From: an uncultured Ohtaekwangia sp.
GTDB taxonomy: Bacteria > Bacteroidota > Bacteroidia > Cytophagales > Cyclobacteriaceae
Reading direction: 5' to 3'
Length of the DNA stretch: 64,000 bases
Assembly: GCA_964488465.1 (NCBI GenBank)
Contig: CAZAUN010000017.1
Span: 5,663-69,662, forward strand
The notes under the pieces were generated by a model. The model saw nothing but the letters and a program-made list of their open reading frames with translations. It was not told the origin of the DNA and ran no database searches. Position 1 is the stretch's first letter. Each line of letters opens with the position of its first letter. The position numbers were made by a program, and so were the translations under genes. Positions 39,072-47,994 of this stretch are shown here, piece after piece.

Positions 39072-42000
39072 TTAATGAGCCGGTTCAGAAGGTGAAACAG
39101 AATCGGGTTTCTTTTTTGCTCCTATGCTTTCAATCAGCACGAACAATCCCGGTACAACTATGACCCCGATGATGGTAGCGATCAGGGTACCGCTGAATAC
39201 GGCCATACCCATCACCTTCCTTGCTTCTGCCCCTGCACCGGAGGCCGTTAACAATGGAACCACCCCCAGCATGAAGGCGAAGGACGTCATTAAGATGGGA
39301 CGCAGGCGCAACTTTGCCGACTCCAGAGCCGCTTCAAACAAAGGTTTGCCCTGCTCTTCGTGCAGCAGTTTGGCAAACTCCACAATCAGAATCGCGTTCT
39401 TGGCCGTCAGGCCAATCAACATCACCAAGCCGATTTGTGCGAACACATTGTTCACATAACTTGTGCTCCACAAGCCACCCAGCCACAATCCAAGGAAGGC
39501 ACCAAAAATAGCAGCGGGCACACCCAGCAAGACGCTGAACGGCAGTTTCCAACTCTCATACTGAGCCGCCAAAATCAAGAACACAAACACCAGAGCCATG
39601 AGAAACATGGTGCTGCCGGTTCCTTCGGCTGCTTTTTCCTGGTACGACATGTTGCTCCACGCAATGCCCAATTCTTTGGGGAGGGTGGCCGCGACTTCTT
39701 CGAGGGCACGCAACGCATCCGAAGAACTATACCCTTCGGCAGGAGCACCTGAAATTTCGGCTGCACGGAACATGTTAAACCGGTTGGTGTAGGCAGGGCC
39801 ACTGATATCATTTACATAGGCCAGCGTATTCAACGGAATGATCTCACCCATACGGCTGCGAACATAATAGCGGGCAATGTCATCCGGGGTAAGACGGTCT
39901 TCAGCTTCCGCCTGCACAAATACTTTGTATTGACGACCGAACCGGTTGAAATCATTGACATAACTGCTACCGAGGTAGGCGGAAATCGTACTGTTAATTT
40001 CCGTGAGGTCGATGTTCAGCTTTTCGGCTTTGTCATAGTCAATCACAATTTGTTTTTGGGGCACGTTGGATCGATACAACGTAAACGCGTTGGCAATTTC
40101 GGGCCGCTTCCTGACTTCGGTTATGAAATTGCGGGCCTGCTGATCGAGGTACTGGGGTGTATTGCCCGACCGGTCCAGCAGCTGTAACGTGAACCCGGCT
40201 GAAGTGCCTAACCCTTCAATCGGAGGCGGACCAAAGGCGATAGCCGTTGCTTCCGAAATATTCCGGAAGGCCAGGTTGGTTTGTTGAATGAGCTGCTTGG
40301 CGGTTTTCTCCCGTTCTTCCCAGGGGTCGAGGGAAATGAATACAAAGGCGTTGTTGGTTGAAAAAGATTGGGTGAGCATGCTGTACCCCACCACCATGGT
40401 TGAGTACGCAACGCCTTCTGTTTCGTTAATAATTTTTTCAATCTTCTGGGCAACCTCATCCGTACGTTCCATGGAGGCTGCATCTGGCAACTGAATATTG
40501 ACCAGGTAGTACCCTTCATCTTCCTCCGGTACGAACCCGCCCGGAATGTTGCGGCCTAACAAGGCGGTTACGCCCAGCACAACTCCAATAATAATCACGG
40601 ACCGGATCGACTTGCGGGCCACGATGCCCGCTACTCCGGTGTAGCCTAATGTAAACTTGTCAAACATGCGGTTGAAGGCATCGAAGAATCGCTGCAGCCA
40701 ACCCGTAGATTTCTTTTTTGGTTTTAACAAAATAGCGCTCAGCGCTGGACTCAGCGTGAGGGCATTGAAGGCGGAGAACAATACGGAGATGGCAATGGTG
40801 ATCGCAAACTGCTGATACAATCTTCCGGTGATCCCACCGGCAAACGCCACAGGCACAAACACAGCCGCCAGAATCAACGCAATGGCTACTACCGGTCCCC
40901 CCACCTCTTTCATCGCTTTTTGGGTGGCTTCCTTCGGATTCATGCCATGTTCGATGTTGTGCATAACTGCCTCTACCACCACAATAGCATCATCCACCAC
41001 CAACCCGATGGCCAGCACCAGCCCCAATAAGGACAACACGTTCACCGAAAATCCCAACAAGGGAAAGATGATGAACGTACCGACCAGCGATACTGGCACC
41101 GTTAACAACGGGATCAGGGTGGCGCGCCAGTCTTGCAGGAAGAGGAACACCACGAGAATTACGAGCACGACCGCTTCGAACAGGGTGTGAATGATCTCTT
41201 CAATTCCTACGGAAACAGCCCGGGTCGTATTCAGTGAAATGTCATAGTTCAGGTCTTCGGGAAAGCGTGTGCTCAATTCGGCCATCGTACTTTGTACACT
41301 GGCGGCAACATCCAATGCATTGGAGCCGGGCATCTGATACACAACAATGGTGCTGGCGGATTTACTATTAAGGCGGCTGAAGGAATTGTAGTTCTCCATT
41401 CCTAATTCGAGGCGCGCTATGTCTTTGAGCCGGATAATAGAACCCTTCTCATCCGATTTCACAATGATGTCTCCGAATTCCTCTTCTGTTACCAGCCGCT
41501 CCTGCAAGAGCACACTGTAAGTATATTCAACCCCTTTCGGAGTGGGCGGAGCGCCAAACTTACCGCCCGGAGAAATCGCATTTTGCTTTTTAACGGCATT
41601 CACCACATCGTTTACCGTAAGGTTGAGTTTGGTGAGCTGATCTGGCTTTAACCATACCCGCATGGAGTAATCGGCCCCGCCAAAGAGAATCACATCACCC
41701 ACCCCTTTCAGTCGTTTTAACTGATCGACAATGTTGATGTTGGCATAGTTGTTCAGAAAGAGTCCGTCATAGGTAGCTGCAGGGGAGGTCAATGACACCA
41801 GCATCAGAGGAAACACCAATGATTTTTTTGTGGTTACGCCATAGGCCTTTACTTCATTCGGCATTTTGGCGCTGGCCTGCGACACCCGGTTTTGCGTGAG
41901 CATGTTGGCATTGTCCAGATCAGTGCCAACCTCAAAGGAAACCTGAAGCGTCAGGGAGCCATCGGCTGCGTTGATGGACTTCATGTACAACATCTCCTCA

Positions 42001-42215
42001 ACACCATTCACTTGTTGTTCAATGGGGGTAGCCACTGCTTGTTCTACGTTCACCGCATTCGCACCATTGAATAAGGTCGTAACCTGAATCATGGGGGGCG
42101 TGATTTCCGGGTATTTGGAAACGGGAATGCCCCGCAACGTAATTAACCCCATGATCACCATCAGGATGGAAATTACCATCGCTACAATGGGTCTTCGAAT
42201 AAAAAATTCACTCAT
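39072..42215 (-). CDS. RND multidrug efflux permease (HAE1/AcrB family)
   Basis: 1047 aa starting 'MSEFFIRRPIVAMVISI'. Contains 'GLVVDDAIVVVEAV' and 12 TM helices with two large periplasmic loops. Confidence 0.95.
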   Translation of the reverse strand: MSEFFIRRPIVAMVISILMVIMGLITLRGIPVSKYPEITPPMIQVTTLFNGANAVNVEQAVATPIEQQVNGVEEMLYMKSINAADGSLTLQVSFEVGTDLDNANMLTQNRVSQASAKMPNEVKAYGVTTKKSLVFPLMLVSLTSPAATYDGLFLNNYANINIVDQLKRLKGVGDVILFGGADYSMRVWLKPDQLTKLNLTVNDVVNAVKKQNAISPGGKFGAPPTPKGVEYTYSVLLQERLVTEEEFGDIIVKSDEKGSIIRLKDIARLELGMENYNSFSRLNSKSASTIVVYQMPGSNALDVAASVQSTMAELSTRFPEDLNYDISLNTTRAVSVGIEEIIHTLFEAVVLVILVVFLFLQDWRATLIPLLTVPVSLVGTFIIFPLLGFSVNVLSLLGLVLAIGLVVDDAIVVVEAVMHNIEHGMNPKEATQKAMKEVGGPVVAIALILAAVFVPVAFAGGITGRLYQQFAITIAISVLFSAFNALTLSPALSAILLKPKKKSTGWLQRFFDAFNRMFDKFTLGYTGVAGIVARKSIRSVIIIGVVLGVTALLGRNIPGGFVPEEDEGYYLVNIQLPDAASMERTDEVAQKIEKIINETEGVAYSTMVVGYSMLTQSFSTNNAFVFISLDPWEEREKTAKQLIQQTNLAFRNISEATAIAFGPPPIEGLGTSAGFTLQLLDRSGNTPQYLDQQARNFITEVRKRPEIANAFTLYRSNVPQKQIVIDYDKAEKLNIDLTEINSTISAYLGSSYVNDFNRFGRQYKVFVQAEAEDRLTPDDIARYYVRSRMGEIIPLNTLAYVNDISGPAYTNRFNMFRAAEISGAPAEGYSSSDALRALEEVAATLPKELGIAWSNMSYQEKAAEGTGSTMFLMALVFVFLILAAQYESWKLPFSVLLGVPAAIFGAFLGLWLGGLWSTSYVNNVFAQIGLVMLIGLTAKNAILIVEFAKLLHEEQGKPLFEAALESAKLRLRPILMTSFAFMLGVVPLLTASGAGAEARKVMGMAVFSGTLIATIIGVIVVPGLFVLIESIGAKKKPDSVSPSEPAH

Positions 42216-42233
42216 ATCCGGGAGGTGGGTTAA

Positions 42234-43388
42234 TTACTGTTGATTGTTCTTTTCCGTTTCGGGCCATTTCATTTCCACCACCTCAATTTTGGAATTGGGG
42301 GTAAGGGCCGCGGTACCGATCACAGCTACCGGGTCGCCCGCTTTAAGTCCTTTCGTAATCACCCAACCATCTCCGATTTTTGGACCTACCTCCACCACGG
42401 TTACTTTCAGCGTGCTGGAATCCGTAACCGTAAACACCTGATTCAGGGTTTGAAGCTGAAACACGGCCCGTTGGGGAATCAGGATGGAGTTGGGTAACGA
42501 TTTCAACAGCACCCTTGCCTTCACAAACAACCCCGGACGGAGCAAGCCCTTCGGATTTGGGAAAGTGGTTTCGATGGTTAATGTTCCGGTTTTCGGATCG
42601 ATTTCGCGATCGGCAAAATTCACCTGTCCATTCTCCGGATACAGCGTGCCATCGGCCAGAATTAACTGAACATTTTTGCTGGCAGAAGCGAGCTCCGCTT
42701 GCGTCATTTGAGCCAGGCGTAGGTATTCCCGTTCGCTGATCTGGAACCGCACCCGCACGCCACCAATATTGGACACGCTGGTGAGCACGGAAGTTCCTCC
42801 AGCGCGGCTTACATAATCGCCTACCCGTACATTGGAAATTCCCACCACCCCATCAAAGGGTGCATACACCCGGGTATAGCCTAATTCCACGCGGGCATTT
42901 TCGAGTGAGGCTTCGGCCGCTTTCACCTGGGCGATTGCAGCTTCGTAAGAAGCTTGTGCATTGTCGAGATCTTTCTGACTAAGTGCCTTGAGCTCCGTTA
43001 ACGGCTTTACCCGGCTGAGGTCATTTTGCGCGCGCACCAGTTCCGTTTTTGCACGGGCTACTTCACTGGCCTGTCGATCCACCCGGTTTTTGTACTCAAT
43101 GTCATCGATGGTATATAGCAGCGCCCCCTTCTGAACAGTGGACCCTTCCTTAAAGTTGACCGAAGTTACCCATCCTTCTACCCGCGTGCGGATATCCACA
43201 TCGGCCTGGCCAAAGACCTGGGCCACAAATTCTTCGTACATCGGAACATCACTTTGGATGGCCTTTACCACATTGACCTTAACCGGTGGCAACGTTACGG
43301 TGTCCTTTGTACTGCATCCGGCAAGCACAATGAATACAACCAGGCTTGTTATCAACCCTGGGGTTGTCTTTCTAGTGGGAAATATCAT
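42234..43388 (-). CDS. RND efflux periplasmic adaptor (membrane fusion protein)
   Basis: 384 aa with lipobox VLAG-C, a coiled-coil hairpin region, and the 'YTRVYAPFDGVVG' lipoyl-like motif. Confidence 0.9.
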   Translation of the reverse strand: MIFPTRKTTPGLITSLVVFIVLAGCSTKDTVTLPPVKVNVVKAIQSDVPMYEEFVAQVFGQADVDIRTRVEGWVTSVNFKEGSTVQKGALLYTIDDIEYKNRVDRQASEVARAKTELVRAQNDLSRVKPLTELKALSQKDLDNAQASYEAAIAQVKAAEASLENARVELGYTRVYAPFDGVVGISNVRVGDYVSRAGGTSVLTSVSNIGGVRVRFQISEREYLRLAQMTQAELASASKNVQLILADGTLYPENGQVNFADREIDPKTGTLTIETTFPNPKGLLRPGLFVKARVLLKSLPNSILIPQRAVFQLQTLNQVFTVTDSSTLKVTVVEVGPKIGDGWVITKGLKAGDPVAVIGTAALTPNSKIEVVEMKWPETEKNNQQ

Positions 43389-43397
43389 AAGTACTGA

Positions 43398-43411
43398 TTT
43401 CGTGCACGAAA
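43398..43411. promoter_or_regulatory. Perfect 14-bp palindrome TTTCGTGCACGAAA (candidate operator or 5' UTR element of the RND operon)
   Basis: Read directly. Begins 10 nt upstream of the adaptor ATG (43388, minus strand). Well under one such palindrome is expected by chance in the window's intergenic DNA. No regulator gene is adjacent. Confidence 0.35.
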
Positions 43412-43587
43412 GGTAGTAAGATGTTCATGGAAGTCAGGAGGTCAACGGCAGTAAACAAGATGATTTTTATCATTCCGTTCCTACCACTTGTTAGCGCTTT
43501 GCATTCTGGGTGATTTTCACTCTCCAATACCGTGTTTTGATCGGAGTTAAAAAAAGGCTTAATTTCGGTTTCTATAACGAATTCAAT

Positions 43588-44082
43588 ATGAAACTACTTT
43601 TTACTTTTCTGATCAGTTTGATCAGTGTTGGTTTGTGGGCCCAAAACCCGGCCGCCAAGCCCACGGCTGCTTCGGCCGCCAAATCCGCAGATTGCTATGA
43701 TCAGTGGTATGCTTTATTTAAAGACCGCGGTGCCAATGCCGTAGCCGATGGAACCCATGAGGTCATTATCAGCCTGCAACACGATGGCTACTCGGAGTGC
43801 TTTTTAGGAAAAATTGATGTTGCTTCCGGAAAGATCAGCAGCAAACTGCAAATTCAAAAGGTAGATGGTTCCTATGATGAATTCGATAAAAAACTTAGCT
43901 CAACGTATATGAGCCCGGAAGGGACACTGAAAGCAGAACTGCGCGATGTGGTAAACGGAATGACCGCAGCGTTGACCCTTGCAGATGGTGAGACCATCCG
44001 ATTGTTCTTTTATAAGTCGTTGGCAGACAAAGCAAAGTCGAACAAGAAGGCACCACCGCCTTCCGCGTTGATTAAGAACTAA
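43588..44082 (+). CDS. Hypothetical secreted protein
   Basis: The track ORF starts with GTG at 43510. The ATG at 43588 gives the signal peptide MKLLFTFLISLISVGLWA-Q. 164 aa. No family recognised. Confidence 0.55.
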   Translation: MKLLFTFLISLISVGLWAQNPAAKPTAASAAKSADCYDQWYALFKDRGANAVADGTHEVIISLQHDGYSECFLGKIDVASGKISSKLQIQKVDGSYDEFDKKLSSTYMSPEGTLKAELRDVVNGMTAALTLADGETIRLFFYKSLADKAKSNKKAPPPSALIKN

Positions 44083-44106
44083 CTAATTGTTAAAGACGAT
44101 AACAGG

Positions 44107-44132
44107 AGGCCGGGGATTCCCGGCCTTTTTTG
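44107..44132 (+). terminator. Rho-independent terminator
   Basis: 8-bp stem aggccggg/cccggcct with a 4-nt loop, then tttttg. Lies between convergent genes. Confidence 0.8.
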
Positions 44133-44138
44133 TTGTGG

Positions 44139-45416
44139 TTAACTATCGTTTGCTTCCTTCAACTCCTGTTCAAATTCAATTGCCCGTTCCAGATAGGTTT
44201 TCTCCAATTTGATATTCGTGATAAAGGCCGAATAGGCCATGGTAGCTGCCAGCCTTCGTAAGTCGGTAGCCCAAGGCGGCAAATAAATGGGAGGTTGCAA
44301 CCAACCGCTTTCAAACTGAGGTTCCAGTCGCAAGGCATCGGCCATCGTAAGGCGACCTGCAAAAAGATTGCGTACCAGGTTGGGTCGGTTATCCCGGATC
44401 GCCAACCGCAAAAATGTATGCACTTCGATCAAGCCCTGCAGGTACACGGCATCTTTGGTAAAAACGATTCCATCCTTCACGGCTCCACCCCGGAAGATCC
44501 GTTGTGCTGACCGGACGGATTCTACTTCGGTTTGACCGGCTTCGAGAAAAAATTTAAAAACGTCAATAAAATCCGCTCCATCCAATGCCTTCTTCACGGC
44601 AATCACCCGCAGGGCGATTCTCCGCAACCGGGTAATATCAATAGCGTTGGTGATCAGTTCGGCAAACACGGCAATTCCTTCCTGGGTTCGGGTGGTGCGA
44701 GGTGCGCCCAGCCCCAGGCATTTCAGGTTGGGTTGTTTCTTGCCGTTCAATTGGGTTGCGGTGTGTACGTACGCCTCATGATAAAGTAACTGGTCCTTAT
44801 CCAATTGCGAAAATACCGCACTGCCTCGCACGCGAATGCGGGTTGCACCTGCCAGGGCTTTGGATGACATGTTGGGATCCAACACTACTTCTACCGTATC
44901 ATGCTCAAAAAACTCATCCACTTCGCTGCGCAACCAACCGGCAAAGTCGGCAGCCGAGATGTCGGTTTCAGTGGGTTGAATGTGCTGATTGCCCAACAGT
45001 TTGTCAGTAACCTCCAGAAAAAATTTTGCACCATCCACGCCACTTAATCCTTGCAATTTATACACGGTATCAGGCCGGCCATAAATGCGGGTGGAATGGG
45101 TGGTGAACTCGCGCGTACCAACAGCCTGAATCATACGACCGGCATGCGCATAACTCAAAGCCGTTTCGGCTAAGTACTTTTCCACCGGATGTTGCTGATC
45201 ACATTGAGCCACCAATCCATCGAGCACCTTTATGTTATCTGCCACATCGGGGCGTTGCAGTTCAATTTTTGGGAGTTCCGGTTTGCCTTTCGCCCAATGC
45301 TTTAAAAAAATTTCTTCCGCTTCGGTCGGCCAGGTCAGGGCATTCAATACTTTGATTTTTCGTGATGCCTTTACAATGGCTGCATCCAGGGTTTGAATTT
45401 TTGTTGTGTTCGTCAT
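44139..45416 (-). CDS. DUF1704 / QEGLA-motif protein (MATCAP-like putative metallocarboxypeptidase)
   Basis: 425 aa. 'TRTQEGIAVFAE' matches the QEGLA motif of the flavohemoglobin-expression-modulating family. 'YHEAYVHTAT' is a possible metal-binding His/Glu motif. Confidence 0.75.
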   Translation of the reverse strand: MTNTTKIQTLDAAIVKASRKIKVLNALTWPTEAEEIFLKHWAKGKPELPKIELQRPDVADNIKVLDGLVAQCDQQHPVEKYLAETALSYAHAGRMIQAVGTREFTTHSTRIYGRPDTVYKLQGLSGVDGAKFFLEVTDKLLGNQHIQPTETDISAADFAGWLRSEVDEFFEHDTVEVVLDPNMSSKALAGATRIRVRGSAVFSQLDKDQLLYHEAYVHTATQLNGKKQPNLKCLGLGAPRTTRTQEGIAVFAELITNAIDITRLRRIALRVIAVKKALDGADFIDVFKFFLEAGQTEVESVRSAQRIFRGGAVKDGIVFTKDAVYLQGLIEVHTFLRLAIRDNRPNLVRNLFAGRLTMADALRLEPQFESGWLQPPIYLPPWATDLRRLAATMAYSAFITNIKLEKTYLERAIEFEQELKEANDS

Positions 45417-45568
45417 AACGTGGCCTGTTCGCGGGACAGTAAGTTACCGAAGGCCGGAAACTAATTCCCTGTCCACCCTCATGATTTTTATCACGGGAAG
45501 CTGTGGATGATTTTGTTAGCTTCAAACGGTAATTCAGAATCAATAACGCCTCTTAATCTAAAAAACCT

Positions 45569-46651
45569 GTGAAAGAATTCCTGAAACCCTCTCTTTACTG
45601 GCTCTTCGCCTTTATCCCCGTGGCGCTGGTGTTGGAATACACTCATGCTTCGGCCCCGTTGATATTCTTTTCGGCTGCCTTGGCCATTGTGCCCATTGCC
45701 CGGCTGATCGGTAATTCCACCGAGCAGTTGGCCACGTATACTGGCGATGCAGTCGGTGGCTTGTTGAATGCAACGTTTGGCAATCTCCCGGAATTGATCA
45801 TCGCAGTGATTGCTTTAAGGGCCGGCCTGCATGGAATGGTGCTGGCTTCGCTGGCGGGGGCGATTTTAGCCAACCTCTTGCTGGCTACGGGTGTTTCCTT
45901 TTTTGTTGGCGGCACCAAGTTTCACAACCAGGATTACAATGTAACGAGTATCCGGGTGTACAGTTCGATGATGCTGATTGCAGTGATTAGTCTCACGATC
46001 CCCAGCGGATTTCATATTCTAACGGTGGATAAAGCGGCCATCGATAATGAAAACACCTTAAACCTCTACCTGGCCGTGGTGCTTTTGATCGGATACGTAT
46101 TGTATCTCTTTTTTATGATTAAAACCCATGCTGATTTTTTCAAAAGTGAAGGTGGAGGACATGAAGAAGAGCACGGAAAACGATGGTCGGTAGCCCGCGC
46201 GTTGATTACCCTGGTGGTTGCTTCGGTGCTGGCAGCCTTCATGAGCGAGGTGCTGGTCGGTGCAGCCGAAGAAACGGGCACCGTATTGGGTATGTCCAGC
46301 GTATTCATCGGGGTCATCTTCCTTGCCATTGTGGGGGGTGCCGCTGAAAGCATCTCGGCCATTACCATGGCTGCGAAAAACAAAATGGATTTAAGTATTG
46401 GCATTGCCCTGGGCAGCTCTATCCAGATTGCCCTTTTTGTCGCTCCGGTGCTGGTTATTCTGAGCATGTTTGTTGGCCCGGTACAAATGAATCTCAACTT
46501 TCCGCGACCTTTGATTGTGGCCTTATTCCTGGCCGTTATCCTCGCGACCCTCGTGGCGGGCGATGGTCGCTCGAACTGGTACAAAGGAGTTCAATTGATC
46601 CTGGTGTACCTGATCATGGGCATGATGTTGTATTTTATTCCTACCGCATGA
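45569..46651 (+). CDS. cax: Calcium/proton exchanger (CAX family)
   Basis: 360 aa with GTG start. The two alpha-repeats are 'ATFGNLPELIIAV' and 'VGGAAESISAIT'. 11 TM helices with a central acidic loop 'GGGHEEEHG'. Confidence 0.85.
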   Translation: MKEFLKPSLYWLFAFIPVALVLEYTHASAPLIFFSAALAIVPIARLIGNSTEQLATYTGDAVGGLLNATFGNLPELIIAVIALRAGLHGMVLASLAGAILANLLLATGVSFFVGGTKFHNQDYNVTSIRVYSSMMLIAVISLTIPSGFHILTVDKAAIDNENTLNLYLAVVLLIGYVLYLFFMIKTHADFFKSEGGGHEEEHGKRWSVARALITLVVASVLAAFMSEVLVGAAEETGTVLGMSSVFIGVIFLAIVGGAAESISAITMAAKNKMDLSIGIALGSSIQIALFVAPVLVILSMFVGPVQMNLNFPRPLIVALFLAVILATLVAGDGRSNWYKGVQLILVYLIMGMMLYFIPTA

Positions 46652-47322
46652 ACGATCAACACTTTTGGAGAAAAAGGGTTCGTGAAAGTGCCGTCCTAAA
46701 TCCGGTGGACCGAATCTCGGAAGTACTCTTCGGATTGATCATGGTGCTTACGTTTACCGGAGCCATCAGTGCCAGCACCGATGCGAGAGAAGAAGTTCGT
46801 GAATTGTTGTGGGCTGCCCTCGGTTGCAATGTAGCCTGGGGCCTGGTAGATGCGATCATGTATCTGATGAATGTGGTGATTGAACGCGGACATGCCATTA
46901 CGGTGACTAAGAAAATTCATCGGACTAAAACGGATGAAGACGGGGGAGAAATCCTGAAGGAAGAAATTCAACCGGGCCTGGCCGGATTGATGACGCAGCA
47001 GGAGCTCAATGCTCTCAGCAGCCGGGTCAAAAATCTTCCCGAACCTTCCAAAGCACAGGTGCTCACCATTAAAGATTTGTGGGCCGGTGTACAGATCTTT
47101 CTGCTGGTTTTCCTCTGCACCTTCCCGGTGGCCATTCCCTTTGGTATTATTGAAAATCTGGAAATCGCCATGCGTGCATCTAATGGTGTGGCTCTGTTAC
47201 TCTTATTTACCGGTGGGTATTTGCTGGCCGGCTATGCGGGCTTCAGGCGGGGGATTACCGCGGTGGTCTATATGTTAATTGGCGTAGCCTTAGTAGGGAT
47301 CACCATGGCTTTGGGCGGATAG
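46648..47322 (+). CDS. VIT1/CCC1-like membrane protein (tentative)
   Basis: 224 aa with five TM helices and a ~70-aa charged helical loop between TM2 and TM3, matching VIT-family topology. The ATG overlaps the cax stop (ATGA). Confidence 0.45.
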   Translation: MNDQHFWRKRVRESAVLNPVDRISEVLFGLIMVLTFTGAISASTDAREEVRELLWAALGCNVAWGLVDAIMYLMNVVIERGHAITVTKKIHRTKTDEDGGEILKEEIQPGLAGLMTQQELNALSSRVKNLPEPSKAQVLTIKDLWAGVQIFLLVFLCTFPVAIPFGIIENLEIAMRASNGVALLLLFTGGYLLAGYAGFRRGITAVVYMLIGVALVGITMALGG

Positions 47323-47350
47323 AAAGTGGTTGGTTGCTTAAAGACAATAT

Positions 47351-47974
47351 ATGAATATGAAATCTTTTCTCGGGCTCATATTGCTGGCGAGCTTTTACAC
47401 TTCTTCGATGGCACAAGACTCAACCCCATCCGAAATGAAATGGAATTTCAGTGCCGATGCCAATCTGTATTTCTTTCCGGGCGAATTTATTCTGTTGCCG
47501 GTATTCCGAGCTGACAAAAATAAACTTCATCTGGAAGCCCGTTACAATTATGAAGACCTGGAAACATTTTCGGCCTGGGTCGGCTATAATTTCAATGGTG
47601 GAAGTAAACTTACCTATACGATTACGCCTATGGTGGGCGGGGTTGTCGGGCTTTCTAACGGCATCGCTCCCGGTTTGGAGTTTACTTTCATCTATAAAAG
47701 TTTTGAATGGTATGCTGAGTCTGAGTACCTCTTCGATTTCGAAACGAACGAAAACAACTTCTACTACATGTGGTCGGATGTAATGTACTCGCCAACCGAC
47801 TGGTTGTGGCTGGGCATCAGCGGACAACGCACCCGATTATATCAAACCAAGTTAGACATCCAGCGCGGACTGCTGGTGGGCGGGGGTTATAAAAGTTTGG
47901 AACTGACCGGCTACCTCTACAACCTGGGGTTTGATGATCCCTTTGTGCTGGTAACACTCTCCGTAAATTTTTAA
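47351..47974 (+). CDS. Hypothetical outer-membrane beta-barrel protein
   Basis: 207 aa with signal peptide ..SSMA-QD. Aromatic-rich alternating strands end '..LVTLSVNF'. Confidence 0.5.
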   Translation: MNMKSFLGLILLASFYTSSMAQDSTPSEMKWNFSADANLYFFPGEFILLPVFRADKNKLHLEARYNYEDLETFSAWVGYNFNGGSKLTYTITPMVGGVVGLSNGIAPGLEFTFIYKSFEWYAESEYLFDFETNENNFYYMWSDVMYSPTDWLWLGISGQRTRLYQTKLDIQRGLLVGGGYKSLELTGYLYNLGFDDPFVLVTLSVNF

Positions 47975-47994
47975 CAGGATCCCACCGTGATCGA

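Noticed and set aside
45417-45568. The 152-nt leader of cax, checked for a metal riboswitch such as yybP-ykoY. The long leaders of pta (29238..29470) and tetR1 (8929..9093) were checked similarly.
   Set aside because: I could not find the conserved riboswitch core sequences or a convincing multi-stem fold by eye. A covariance-model scan (Rfam/Infernal) would be decisive.
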